Below are positions 25,125 to 38,729 of a stretch of 64,000 nt of DNA, piece after piece. The DNA lies in contig OZ024743.1 of NCBI GenBank assembly GCA_964016885.1, forward strand, positions 367,288,001 to 367,352,000, read 5' to 3'. How positions within the stretch are numbered: the stretch's first letter is position 1; every line of letters starts with the position of its first letter. The notes beneath the pieces were generated by a model. The model saw nothing but the letters and a program-made list of their open reading frames with translations, did no database searches and was not told where the DNA came from. This stretch comes from Eledone cirrhosa (lineage: Eukaryota). The position numbers and the translations under genes were made by a program.

Positions 25125-25619
25125 TTAATCACACAACCATGCCTGTGCCATTTAGTTGAATGATCAACTGATATTTTTCATGCAATAGGAAGGTTAAAAT
25201 ACTACTTTAATGTGGGAAAGTATGTTGAGAATTAGTCCTATTCACCCCTTACTCCTCGTGCGACAGCTAGCCTGTCTCCAATACTACCTGCTCCACTGTC
25301 AGAGTTAATGTCCCCTTCACTTCTACTGCAAGCCTGCTTTCTCATCATCCAAATTCTAATGTTGATCCTTTCAAGCCAGTTGCCACCAATTCAATACCAA
25401 ATTGCATTCTCTGTATCCACAGAAGTTGCTATTTGAAGTCCATCAAATGTCACTTGTGTTAATGAAGCTATCACAGATGTTGTGTGGTTATTACTAAGGT
25501 TCAAGCCAAAGTTCTTTCAAACTGGACTTGTAACTAATGCCACTTCAGCTCCAACATATTTTGCAGGGTAGAACATTGCTTCAATGACCAGCTTCCAGTT
25601 GAAAATGTTGCTGCTGCCC

Positions 25620-25970
25620 TCCAGGCTTAACCAAGTTCAAGCCCATCAGCTGGATCCCAAAGAGAGCTGGGAATTGTTTCACCCATGCTCTTTCCAAATT
25701 GTTGAAGAATGTTTGCCTATCCAACAACATTTCAGATTAGCAGAAACTGTCCTTATTCTCTCTCCATGTGTCTAATATGAAAACTGGTTTATTCATATTT
25801 TCCCTAAATCAGCAGCTTCAGTTATTTGAGTCCATCCCAACCACTGTTCATCTCGGGTTGGAGACCAGGACGGTTCTTAACAATGGATGATCACCAAACC
25901 TAAGGAAAGCTGTCAATGCTAAATTCAATGAATTTGTCATTAAAAGTGCTGTTCACCTTCTCTCTTCTTT
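25620..25970 (+). mobile_element. Possible CRE-clade non-LTR retrotransposon relic
   Basis: Hand translation gives ISWIPKRAGNCFTHALSKLLKNVCLSNNISD*QKLSLF and NLRKAVNAKFNEFVIKSAVHLLSS, which resemble the pre-RT region of CRE elements (recalled similarity only). Confidence 0.4.
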
Positions 25971-26279
25971 AACCTCCCTCACCCAGTGTAATACAGATTC
26001 TCTCAAATGATTGAGAGAGAAACATCTTTCAGAAGGAAAGTGTCCTCAAACCAACGACCTGGTCTGAGTGCTTGCAATAGAGTGACATCTGCTAAAAGCA
26101 TCCAAAGGCAAGGTGGTGGTGGTGTCAAACCAGATGATGGATTATGTCTACCACTCAAGTGTGCTGCAGTAAGATTTGAACTCAGAAAGCAAAGAGCTGG
26201 AACAAATACTGCAAATACTGATCTTTTAATGATTCCACCAGTACACTGCCCTGCAACAGTCATTTATTTTATCAACACT

Positions 26280-27040
26280 AAAAGAAAGAAACTGTACACA
26301 ATGCAAATCTTGGGTAAAAAAGAGGTGTAGTGGGATAGCAGACAGACTAACAGGAAAGGAAGTCTCCATATATAGATGCACAGGGGTAATCAATGGGAAG
26401 AGCATCAGTGATATAAACCTTTTCCAATCACATGAAGGATCCATAGAAGTGGTTAATAGCTTCTGATACCTAATTAGCAGCAGAGCGGGGTGCTCTAAGA
26501 GCATAAAAGCTAGAATAAGGATAGGATGGAAGAAGTTTAGAAAGCTACTCACACTGTTGACCACAAAAGGAAAACTGTATGATGTCTGTGTGTGAAGTGC
26601 AAAGCTGCATGGTAGTGAAACATGGGCAGTGACTACAGAAAACATGCATAGGCCGAAGAGAAAGGAAGCAACAATGTTTCATTGGATGTACAATGTAAAT
26701 GTAAGAGAAAGGCAGAGCCTGGAGGAACTGAGGGAGAAACTAGGTTTAAAATGAATCTGAAGTGGTGTGCAAGAGAGAAGATTGCATTGGTATAGACATG
26801 TGACACTCATAGATGATGATTGCTGGATGAAGAAGTGCCAAGAAATCCCAGTGGAAAGAAGCTACAGTAGAGGTAGACCAAGGAAGACCTGGACAGAGGT
26901 AGTGAGAGCTGATCTCAAATCACTGAGACTCACAGAAGAGATGACGAAGGAAAACAATGAGTGGAGAGATGCTGTGCTGAAAAGGACCTGACCAACCCAT
27001 GCAAGCATAGAAAAATGGACATAAAAAGGATGATGATGAA
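26280..27040 (+). mobile_element. Old RTE 3' fragment
   Basis: Decayed PHD remnant (CTQCKSWVKKRCSG), ARIRIGWKKFR, QERRLHWYRHV, GRPRKTW, (GAT)n tail. Confidence 0.85.
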
Positions 27041-27459
27041 AGGATGAAAGACAAAGTTGATTTCACTGGGATTTAAATTCAGAGAGCCAGAATAAATACC
27101 ACAAGGCATTTTGTCCCACATCAATTTGTTTTTGTCAATTTACTGCTTGTTAAAGCATGTGTTTTCAAGCAGATATGTTTTAGCAATCAAGTTTAAACAG
27201 ACACATGAGTCCAAGCACATATTCAAACTGATATATTTAAGTACATCTTTATGCCATTTGGGTTTTGTTACAAAGGAAAACGGAAAAAGCCCTCACCAAA
27301 TATATCTGCCAAAATTGTCATTTATTTTAACAGATATTACTCAATACAAATTCGCCAGCAGATGTTTTGAATGTCTTTTGCAATCAGATTTATTAAATCT
27401 AACAAAAGGTTAACTCATTACAGTAATAGATGGGATTGACTTATCCTATGTTGTACAAT

Positions 27460-27648
27460 AATTGTTTCTACTATTGGCACAAGGCCAGCAATTACCCAGT
27501 ACATTACTGGTACTTTATTTTATCGACCCCATAAGGATGAAAGGCAAAGTTAACCTCGGCGGGATTTGAATTCAGAATGGCAAGGTCTGTAACTCTAGGC
27601 ATCAAAGCATGGCGTCCGACCCTCTACCGATACTGCCAATTCACTGCC
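27460..27648 (-). mobile_element. tRNA-derived SINE (Meta-like core)
   Basis: High similarity to the 17921 and 18248 copies. Confidence 0.87.
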
Positions 27649-27746
27649 TTGTGTTGTACAATCTGTTGTACAATAATGGTGATCATACAGGATCACATAG
27701 GATCATATAAAAATGTATACACATACACACAAAATCAATTACACAC

Positions 27747-27781
<35 letters not shown>

Positions 27782-28062
27782 TACACATATATCTCTGATG
27801 AGAACATTGTTTAGGAAAGGATCAATGATAGGGCGGGATTTAGAACTTTGTAGGGTCCCCATGGCACTCAGGTTTGCAGTGCTCAGGGCACATTAGGTTT
27901 GGGGAGAGGAGGGCCTCATACAGAAAAAAAATACCACCCCTCGCCAAGTTTACATTTCAAAGTTGGCTTGGGGCATGTAATTCGAATTGTCAAGTTATAG
28001 AGATAGATGTTAATTGAACAAATCTGACCACCTTCATTTTAAGTGACTTTTCACATTTAAAT

Positions 28063-28225
28063 CATCATCATCATCATTTCATTTTACGTCCGCTTTTCCC
28101 TGCTTGCAAGGGTGGGACGGGAACTGATTCTGGCTTGATTTCTACAGCTGGATGCCCTTCCTAACACCAACCTCATTTACAGTGAGTGCTGGGTGCTTTT
28201 TTGCCGTGGCACCTCCACGACCACT
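28063..28225 (-). mobile_element. RTE 3'-tail fragment
   Basis: (CAT)n, then ttctacagctggatgcccttcctaacaccaacc, the reverse complement of the RTE tail. Confidence 0.8.
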
Positions 28226-28261
28226 TTGCAGTGGAATGATAGGGACCCCAGTCCCTATCAT

Positions 28262-28405
28262 CTCATTTCTACAGCTGAGTAAACTGGAGCAATCTGAAAT
28301 AAAGTGTTTTGCTCAAGGAAACAACACATCACCCGGTCTGAGAATTGAACTCATAACCTTTCGATTGCAAGGCTAATGCTCTAACCACTAAGCCATGTGC
28401 CTCCA
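28262..28405 (-). mobile_element. tRNA-derived CORE-like SINE, 5' part
   Basis: Reverse complement: GGAGGCACATGGCTTAGTGGTTAGAG...GAGTTCAATTC...TTGAGCAAAACACTT...TTGCTCCAGTTTACTCAGCTG. Confidence 0.7.
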
Positions 28406-30499
28406 TGTACTTAAGAACACATAAAAGCACACACACACACCCAAACATATATATACACTTATACACACATGCATGCATACACATATACACCATGTTCTTG
28501 CATAAAACTAGATGATCACACCCCCTTACCTCCTACAACAACCATCCGATGTCTCTAAAATAGAGAAATTTGAATGAATTGACCTCAGGATTGACATTAA
28601 ACACTTTTTGTTAAAAGTATTGTTCTGGTGTATCTAAAAGAATAAACCAAAAAACCCATAAGGGACATGTCATTGGCAGTCACAGGGCACATCTATCTTA
28701 GTAGGCCCCACTCCTGCTGATAGGGATTTTGGTTGATGGGGGACCTGGGGCAAATGCTTTGTCTGCTCTTATAGAAGAGAGCATTGACATTTCCAGCTCT
28801 GATTAATGAGAAATAACTGAAAGGAAAATATAATCAACTGGTTTAAGCTGTCTAAGTCTTCTCACTGAATGAGGATAACGAAGCCAAGAATCAATCTCAT
28901 GAATTAAAACTTGATAATATTGATGATATCGATAAAAATATTGATTATTCATGATGTAGATATTTTTCTCAATGAAGGAATGTAATGTTGGTTATGATAG
29001 AAACTTTCCTTTCAGAAGCAGCCATTAAAGCTGGAATATACAACATATTCAACCATTTTAATACTGAAATTAGATATTTCCTGACTACAATGCCTCATTA
29101 TAAAATGGTATAGAGCTATTGTGTGAAATGTTAGAATAATTTAAAGTCAGCAGGAGAATTCATTAGTTCTCTCTTGAAAGAAACACAAACATTTGATTGA
29201 AAACAATAAATCAAAAATGGAGATGCAAAATATGGAAAATAATTTTAATTATCCAATAATCATTTGCAATTAAAACAATTTGTGCTTTGGCATTCATAAA
29301 AAAAAATATTACAGAATTTGTGCTGGGCTGTTAAAAATGTATAAAACTTTTAAAAAATGACGCTATCAAAGCAATAAATAAAAAAAATCAACTTGATGAA
29401 ATTGTAAGAACAACAACAACAACAACAACAACAACAAACAGAGAAAAGTACAGAAGTGAAGAAGACAAAAAAAGCCAAGACCTGATCTGTGAGTAATAGA
29501 ATTAGGTTACAGGTGAAAGAATTGGAAGAAGGGTTAAAAAATATGACCCAACTAGACATATTGTAGTCACGTACCATACTATACATGCATATCCTCCTCT
29601 CAAATACTCACATATGAAATATAAGTGAGTACACACTACACGTATACATTGCATACATATGTACATACTTGTGTGTATGTGTGTGTACATACATGCATAC
29701 ACTCATACATAGATACATACATACACTCATACATATATACATACATACATACATATATACATAGGTGCTTTCGCACCTCTCTATCTTTTTCTCTTTTTCC
29801 TTTATACTCTTATCGGTTTTCCCTTCTCTTTTCTCTTCCACACATTCACACTTCTCTCTTGTTCTATCTTGTGATGAAGGACTAATGTCTGAAATGTCAA
29901 TACTCTTTTCTAAATATACCAAGCATTAAACTAATATACCATTATGAAATATTTTTCTTAGTTGATTATATATATATATGAGGGAGCTCATAAATAGGAC
30001 AACACACGGTTTTTCATGGGGGTAAGTTTTTACTAATTTTCCTATTCTGAAAGACCAAAATACAACAACTTTTTGCTTATTGGAAGCCGGGAATGTTCTG
30101 ACAAAAGCTGTGGAAGCTACAGAAACATTCCATATATTCTTCCAGAGCAATCTCTATTAAAAAAAAAAAAAAAAAAAAGAAAAATTTACATTTACGCTTA
30201 CTTGTCCGCCATTGCAAAAGGCCATAAATTCAAATTTTGAAAAGAGAGGAAAAAAGGGACAAGTGAACTATGAACTTGTACATTTCACTGCCCCCCCACC
30301 CCCCCACCCCCGCCACCACAATAACGGCTACACTCGCTTTCCAGCACCACCACATAACTCATTACCCTATCTAAAGTGGCTGACCTGTTGACAAACTGCT
30401 AACTCCTTTGATGTATGTATGTGTATATATATATATATATGTATATGTGTGTATATATGTATCTATATATATATATATCTCAGTGGATGCGACCAGATT

Positions 30500-31100
30500 T
30501 CAACACAGCAACAACTACAACAACAACAGCAACAGCAACAACAACAACAGCAACAACACCATTGTCTGTGTTGAATGTGAAATGAACAACAACGGCAGCA
30601 ACAGCAGCTGCAACAATAACAACAACAACAACGACAACAACAACAACATCCACCACCACCACCATACTGACACCATCCACCACCACGACCACCACCATCA
30701 CCATACTGACACCATTCACCACAACCCCCACCACCATCACTGACACCATCCACCACCACCACCATACTGACACCATCCACCACCACAACCACCACCATCA
30801 CTGGCACCATCCACCACCATCACTATACTGACACCATTCACCACAACCACCACCACCACCATCACTGGCACCATCCATCACCACCACCATCACTGACACC
30901 ATCCACCACCACCACCATCAGCATCACTGTCACCATCCACCACCACCACCATCACTGACACCATCCCCCACCTTCACCACCACCACTATCACCATCACTG
31001 TCACCATCCACCACCACCATTACTGGCACCATCCACCTCCACCATCATCACCATCATTGACACCATCCACCACCACCACCATCACCACCATCACCAGCGA
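30500..31100. repeat. (CAA)n tract followed by a (CAC)n-based minisatellite
   Basis: Repeating unit approximately caccaccaccatcactgacaccatc with a variable number of CAC. Confidence 0.9.
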
Positions 31101-31689
31101 TCAGGCCTTAAAACAGGTATAATAATAATACTAAATAACTATTTTGTTCTTGGTACAGGGAAGCGATTGTCCCAGCGCGTTGCTGGTGGCTTGTTTTTTT
31201 TGTGGGGGGTGGGGGAGGAGAGTGGAGAGCCGTTGCTCTTTGCTGTAAAGCAAACAATTTTTATTATTGTTATATAAAAACTGAACTGGACTGGAAAAGT
31301 CAACAGTTGACATGATTTTGATTTTGTATCAGTACTGGCGGTAATATATATATATATATGTATGTGTTTGTGTGAGTGGTGAGTGTTTGTATGCATAAAT
31401 GTTGGTGTGTGAGTGACGTGTGTGTTTGTAGTTTGTATGCATGAGTGTTGGTGTGTGAGTGAGTGTGTGTGAGTGTGTGTGTGCCGTGAGTGTCAATAAG
31501 TGTTTTTTTTTATGACCATGCTGTAAAATGGAGGGGCAGAGAGGGCCCTTGAGTATAGTAAGACATCCTCTCTAGTGCTGGTGGCACAAATAAAAGCACC
31601 CAGTCCATGCTGTAAAGTGGTGCTGGTGTTAGGAAGGGCATCCAACCAGTGTATCAATGCCAAAACAATTTATCAGCACAAGATAGGAA

Positions 31690-32616
31690 CAACACAATAT
31701 GAAGACGTCTCAGAGTTGCAACACTTAATGTTGGCACTCTCAGAAGTAGATCTGCTGAATTACCGGAGATGCTGGAGAGAAGGCATGTGGATGTGTGCTG
31801 CGTGCAAGAGGTGAGATGGAGAGGTACCTCTGTGAGACTAGTCGTAGGCAAACATCTTAACTATAAGCTTTTCTGGGTAGGTAAGGATGATGGGTTAGGG
31901 GGGGTAGGCATTTTCCTGGCTGAGAGATGGATCAATAAGACAATAGAGGTAGTTCGAGTTAGTGATCGAATAATTAAGCTTAGATTAGTTGTAGGCTACT
32001 GACAATCATCTCTGCTTATGCTCCACAAGTAGGCCTAGGCAAAGAAGAGAAAGACTGCTTTTACAAGCAACTTTTACAAACAACCGCAATGACAGAGGAG
32101 GGAGACATCGTTATGCTAGCATGGGACTTCAATGGTCATGTTGGACAGCTCCAGGATGGTTAACTGGGGTACATGGTGGGCACGGTTACGGCTCAAGAAA
32201 TGAAAAAGGAGTGAGACTTCTGGAATTTTGTGATGCAAGTACACTGACTATTTGCAAACACTAACTTCCAAAAACCTGCCAACCATCTAATAACCTACAA
32301 ATCTGGCGAGCACATAAGCCAGATTGACTTCTTACTAGTTAGGCAGCGGGACAGGCAGATGGTGTTTAATACCAAGGCATACCCTGGGGAAGAATGTACC
32401 CCACAGCATAGGTTAGTTGTTAGTGATATCTCAGTAAGCAAGAGATGGAATGAGACAAACAGGAAAGTGTGGAGAAGCAAGGTCTGGAAGCTAAAAGACC
32501 TTTCACTTAAATACAAATTTAGGAAAGCCCTTCAAGATGTGTATGATGAAAAAGAAGACGATTTAGAGATGTATGACATAGATAATAACTGGAATTTCTT
32601 ACATGACAACTTACTG
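31690..32616 (+). mobile_element. RTE APE endonuclease fragment (decayed)
   Basis: MLERRHVDVCCVQEVRWRG, YKLFWVG, ISAYAPQ, SQIDFLL, PQHRL. Confidence 0.85.
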
Positions 32617-32968
32617 CAGTCCACACTGTAAATGTGGTTGGTGTTAGGAAGGGCATCCAGTCGTAGAAAACCTGCCAGATACAGTTCTATGCAGCGAGAC
32701 ACGGTCACCCAACCAATCTTGCCTCAAGTGGGACAATCCCGTCTAACCCATGCTAGCATGGAAAATGGACGTTGTTGTGTACGGGTTCCCAAGTAAGAAC
32801 AAGTGTAAAGATGGTAGGAAGTTGTATTAAACAACATAAGTATAACTGTATGCAGGATGGCATGGAGCCGCAAGCAAAGCATAATGTACAGAGTATAGTG
32901 TCACGTTCACATGCGTGTGCACACACGTTGAGTCCAATGTCTTATTGGATGGGCGAGCCAATCAATAC
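32617..32968. mobile_element. Composite: RTE 3' tail (+) fused at GACGT to an inverted Gypsy LTR fragment (-)
   Basis: RTE tail 32617-32772, then TGTTGTGTAC... (reverse complement of the LTR 3' end) 32773-~32968. Confidence 0.85.
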
Positions 32969-33974
32969 GACTTTAAGTAAGTATCCATACCATTGTCTTA
33001 GGTTGATTTAAGCCATGTAAGTGAAATTGGATAGGCAGAAACTGTGTAGAAACCCATTGAAATGACTGTACCTGTAACTTGAAGGACCAGCCTTATCATA
33101 TTCTGTGCCACACTAATTCTGGCTGAGGATTATGTTAAAGGTACAAATTCCTGTGGAATACTTGGTCACTTACACTATAATTCAATTAGTAGTTAGTTCC
33201 ATTGAACAAACAACAACAACTGGAACTATTTAGCCATGCCTCAGCCATCCCTCTCCTACATACATACACACGCTTACTTTATATGATATAGAGGTATATA
33301 AGTTTATAAGTTTTCCTGAAATTAATGGAGAGTAAGAGATATGTCGTTTCCAAGAAAATATGATAAATTATCATGGGACAAAATTCACTTATGAACACCA
33401 GTTTATTAAAGCATCAATCTAAGCTGCATTTTTAACATAGTTGTAATTAAATTTATTTTATATTAACAAATCTTTAGATAAATTTGAGCAATCATTTCTT
33501 CAAATATAAATGATTTCCATTTGTTGGAAAATATATTTCTGAATATAATATGATTTCTCAGCAGAGATATTCTGCTAGATAGTCCCAGGTGGTGGATAGC
33601 GATATGACCACCAGATATGATGGTTTGTTGCAATAAAAGTGCACACCTGCAGGAAGAATATAAGCAGCCCTGGACCAATAGCACTAAACTACTAGGGGAG
33701 ATGGACAATAAGTGACACCTGTAACTCCCAAGAAAACTCTAATAACCAAGTGATGTAGCTATGATGAGGTGAGTAAAGACTGCCTCTAAAAAAGCCAAGC
33801 CTTTGTGGGTTTGAGAAAGTACCAGATTGGTGACTGGCGTGAATAAGATCACCAAAACTACAATATGGGGAGAAGTACGAAAAAGAACCATACCGCATCG
33901 TCCTTTGTAGAGGTTAACAAGAAACGTGTTCAGGCCTTAATTAGAGGGGCCTATTTGAAAAATATATTGCAGTC

Positions 33975-34395
33975 TTGGGTAATGACAGAAAGAATACACT
34001 TGCGAATACAAGCTGCCGAAATGGGGTTCCTCTGAAGGGTCTTAGGAGTAACATTACTCAATAGAATGAGTAGCTCAGGGATCAGAAAGTCACTTCAGGT
34101 AGAGTCACTAATTCTCCAAATTGAGAGATCACAGCTCCGATACTATGCGTATGTAGTTAGAATGTCTCAGGAAAGAATCGGTGGACAGATTTTATGGGCA
34201 GAAGAAGTAGGCCTCGAGCAAAATGGTTGGATAACATGCATGATCTCGCTTGTGGATCCAGCCAGAGCAGTTGAAGATGGTTGCTTCTGACAGGACCTGC
34301 TGGAAAGTGTGTTTGAGGACTCTACCCGCATGACCCTCTCAGGAATAAGTGGGTGAAGAAGAAGGAGGTGGAAGAGGAGGAGAAGAAGAAGAATA
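33975..34395 (+). mobile_element. RTE (Expander/Rex3-like) 3' fragment
   Basis: RIQAAEMGFL..., IERSQLRYYAYVVRM; (GAA)n tail. Confidence 0.75.
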
Positions 34396-35081
34396 TGATG
34401 ACGAAAAAAAATGTTCCATTACCTATTTTATATGAATACAAATCTAATTTCATACTAGCAGAATCATTTACCTGTTAAATGAAATTCTATTTAAGTTACA
34501 TTTCAAATCTTGTAACTAGTTATAGACAAATATCATTAATATTGATAATGGCACATATTTTCAGAAATAAAATAAAATGTACAGAAAGGTGTATGAGTAA
34601 TGGTATGCCAGTCAGGTAGTTCTTAATGCGTCACAAATTACAGTCATCAGGTAATGTAAAGAACATAATGTATGAAATGTAAGGTAACAAATGGGAGTTA
34701 AATATATATTCACATGCACGCATATAGATATACAGACACACACAGGCATAAACATACATATATAAAAATATGAACCAAATACACTTTCACACACACATAT
34801 CCATATGTAAATCAAACGCATATTCACACACACATATATATTCCTGAATATCCAATGCATAGATGTGCTTACATAAGCTTACATGCATAATGAACACAAT
34901 CACACAGGGAAGCAGCAACAAAAAGAAGTGAAAAGACAAAATTGATTTGCAGAAGGAAGAAATAGTGGAAGGAGAGGCATGTAGCTATCTGTTTATCTAT
35001 CTATCTAGCTAGATATATGCAGCAGATAGAGTGAGCGGTATCTCATATCTGTCTATCTACTTATGTAAGTTTACGTATAAT

Positions 35082-36731
35082 ATCATCATCATCTCATCAT
35101 CATCTTCGTTTAACATCCATTTTCCACGCTAGCATGGGTTAGACGGGAGTTGTCCCACTTGAGGCAAGGTTGGTTGGGTGACCATGTCTCGCTCATATAG
35201 GACTATCTGGCAGGTTTTCTACGGCTGGATGCCCTTCCTAACACCAACCACATTTACAGTGTGGAACTGGGAACTTTTTACCGTGTTACCTACACAGCCA
35301 CATTACAGTGTGGACTGTGTGTTTTTTCTTGTGACACCTACACGATCTCGATCTCATTTATCTCATTTATTTGGACTGGATGTTGTGGTACCAACTTTAT
35401 AGAGAGAGGGTGGTGTTGTGGGAGTGGGAGGATAGGGTAGGGGTAGTGGATTGGGGTGTATATTTGGTTAAGAGGTGCCTACTGACTGTAGCTTTCGCTT
35501 TGTACATAAGCAAGGCGGGTCTTCTGTATCTCTGCGTAGCACCAAAGATCTCGGGCCAGTGACATTGTCTTGGAGAGGTGCAAGTGTGTAAGGTCGGAAT
35601 TTATCAGATCGTCCCAGGTTTTTCTGGGTCTACCTACTCCGTAACTACCATCAATTTTGATCACCCTGCACTTTTTTATACAGCTGTCGTCTTTCATGCG
35701 CATCACGTGGCCATACCAACGTAGTCTTCTCTCGAGTAAACAGCATCTGATCCCTCTTATTCCTAATTTCTCACTTAGTTCATTTATGCTTTGCCGTTCA
35801 CGTATATTACTATTACACATCCAACGGAGCATGCATGCTTCGTTCCTTTCCAGTCTATGCAGGTCCTCTGCACGTAATGCCCATGTCTCACTGCCATGTA
35901 GCATTGCTGTTCGTATACAAGCATCATACAGCCTGCCTTTCATTTTTAGAGAGAAACCTTTTGTGACCAACAGCGGTATAAGCTTTCTGAACTTTTTCCA
36001 TGCCGTTCTGACTCTGGCTACTGTACTTTCAGAGCACCCTCCACCACTGCTGATTTTGTCACCCAGGTAACGGAAAGTGTCTACTATTTCTATAGAACCA
36101 TCTGGGCAATAGAAGGGGCTAGTATCCTGCGGACACTTGCTACCTATTGCACCTGAGCATCGGCCACATATAAAGTCTACGTTCTTAGATAGTTTACCTG
36201 TGATCCCACTACATCTTTTATGTACCCATACTTTGCATTTGGGACATAAAATTGAATTTCTGCCTACTCCTTTCCTACACACGGAGCAAGGCCATTTCCC
36301 TGAGGGTACCTGTGCCTTATTTCCTTTCTACAAACTAGGACTTTAGTCTTAGACAAGTTAACTTTAAGGCCTTTTGATTCTAGGCCATGCTTCCATGTTT
36401 GGAATTTCTTTTCTAGTTCAGCCATTGATTCAGCTATGAGTGTTAGATCATCTGCGTATAGGAGTTCCCATGGGCAGCCGGTCTTGAACTCCTCTGTTAT
36501 AGCCTGAAGGGCAATAATAAATAGGAGGGGGCTAAGGACAGAGCCTTGGTGAACACCAACTTTTACACTAAATTCTTCACAATATTCATTGTTAATTCTA
36601 ACCTTACTGACTGTTTCATTATACATAGCTTATATAGCTCTCACAAGCCATTTATCTACACCTAGTTTTCTAAGAGCCCACCAGATAATGGAGCGGGAGA
36701 CTCTGTCAAAGGCTTTTTCCAGGTCTACAAA
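35082..36731 (-). mobile_element. 5'-truncated RTE LINE (subfamily A)
   Basis: ORFs 36264-36626 and 35479-36282 closely match the 6547-8616 protein, including LYADD and the PHD finger; (CAT)n tail at ~35082-35105. Confidence 0.93.
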
Positions 36732-36750
36732 TATTATATATATATATATA

Positions 36751-37030
36751 TCATCATCATCATCATCGTTTAACGTCCATGTTCCACGCTTGCATGGGTT
36801 TGGACGGGAGTTTTCCCACTTGAGGCAAGAGTGGTTGTCATTGATCGCATAGGACTGTCTGGCGGGTTTTCTACAGCTGGATGCCCTTCCTACACCAACC
36901 ACATTTACAGTGTGGGGCTGGGAGGTTTTTACCGTGTTGCCTACACGGCCACATTACAGCGTGGACTGTGTGTTTTTTTGTCATGACACCTACACGATCT
37001 CATTTGTTTCGGCCTGGATGTTGTGGCACC
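36751..37030 (-). mobile_element. RTE 3'UTR/tail fragment
   Basis: Reverse complement of the 8725-9000 tail. Confidence 0.85.
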
Positions 37031-37133
37031 AACATATATATATGTATAGTAATAATAATAAATGTGAAGACTAAAATCCAAAGAGGGCTCGATAAGAATA
37101 AATATATATCAAATGTATAAGAACTCTAAAGCA

Positions 37134-38729
37134 AATATTTATTAAAATAACAGATTAAAGTTTAAGCAAAGAATCGCTGCTTTCACTCTTAACGGGATCT
37201 TCTGAAACTAAAAAAATCAATCTGTGAACGCAGAAGTAAATTTTTCGAAAAACGTTGCAAGCGGAGGAAAACAGGATGATGATACTTTGGTTCATGAAGA
37301 CGTTCCCTGGCAATGAACGGAAAAAAGCAACGTTAATACGTTGTTATGTGGACCTATGAGAACAAATACACGTTTATGGTATAAATGGAGTCATAGACTA
37401 ATATCCTATTTAGGATTGCCCTCTATCCAGGAAACGCCTCTCCAGTAACATTGTCTACAAATGTAAGGTTGTAACACCCACATCTAGTAGGGCCTACATA
37501 GGGTTAACCGCCAATAGATTCAAGCAGCGTCTTTACATGCACACCCATTCTTTTCCTAACCCTTTAAGAAGGAATAAGTTGTCACTTTCAGCTTATATCT
37601 GGAGTGTAAAAGACAACCACACCCAATATAGGTTACACTGGGAGATCCTAGCTAAAGCTAGATCATATAATGGAAATAAAAGACCATACAATCTTTGCGC
37701 CGTTGAAGCCCTAGAAATACTCTACGCCAATGATCATATCTTAAACAAAAAATCTGAGCAATTTCGGCTTGTAAACACAAATTGCATAAAACTTTCCTGT
37801 ATTACAGCCCCACATTATACCCTAACGGATAGTACGAACAATACGCAGATAATTTACGTCTTGATGTGGTAGCTAAGTATATTTTATGTTTATACCATTA
37901 CTTATTTGTAAGTATACCTTACCCGTATGTTTTGTAGAGGTACGTATACTTTCTTGTACGTATATATGCTTGTATTTGTAATAGGTGTATATATTATTTA
38001 TATTGGTATGTGTGTATATGGTTATGTGTATATGTGTATTTCGGTTTTGCGTGTATGCATGTTTGCACGTATGTAAGGTGTGTATATGTGTACATTGAGT
38101 TTGGTATGTGTGTTACATATGCGTTACATATGTATTTATGAGTGTATATTTATATATGTATACATCCACCCTTGCAAGCAGGGAAAAGCGGACGTAAAAT
38201 GATGATGATGATGACACACACACATATATTTTTATATGTGTTTTTGGTGTATACGTTCGTATGTGTGCGTGTGGTTATGCATGCATGGCGTGTGTTTTCG
38301 CGTATGCACGTGTATGTACGCATATTGATGTGTGTATGTATGTATTTAATATTATTCCTTTAATAACTTCTGTCATTTTCGTTCTACTAATTTACTTACA
38401 TTATTCTTAACTCCGAAGCCGAGAATCATTCGGTTTCCTAAGTAGAATATTAGTCTATGACTCCATTTATACCATAAACGTGGTTTTGTCTTTGCGTGTA
38501 TTTGTTCTCATCGCCCCACATAACGACGTATTATCTTCGCTTTTTTCCCGCTCATTGCAAGGGAATGTCTTCACGAACCAAAGTATTGTCTTCCTGTTTT
38601 CCTTTGGCTGCAACGTTTTTCGAAATATTTACTTCTGCGTTCACAGATTGATTTTTTTAGTTTCAGAAGATCCCGTTAAGAGTGAAAGCAGTGATTCTTT
38701 GCTTAAACTTTAATCTGTTATTTTAATAA

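Noticed and set aside
27830-28716. Possible hAT-like MITE with GC-rich ends
   Set aside because: TIRs are weak and no clear TSD could be defined.
30408-30810. Asn/His-rich, Val-rich or Cys/Gly-rich ORFs
   Set aside because: All frames are products of the (CAA)/(CAC) repeat array; none is open across the array with supporting evidence.
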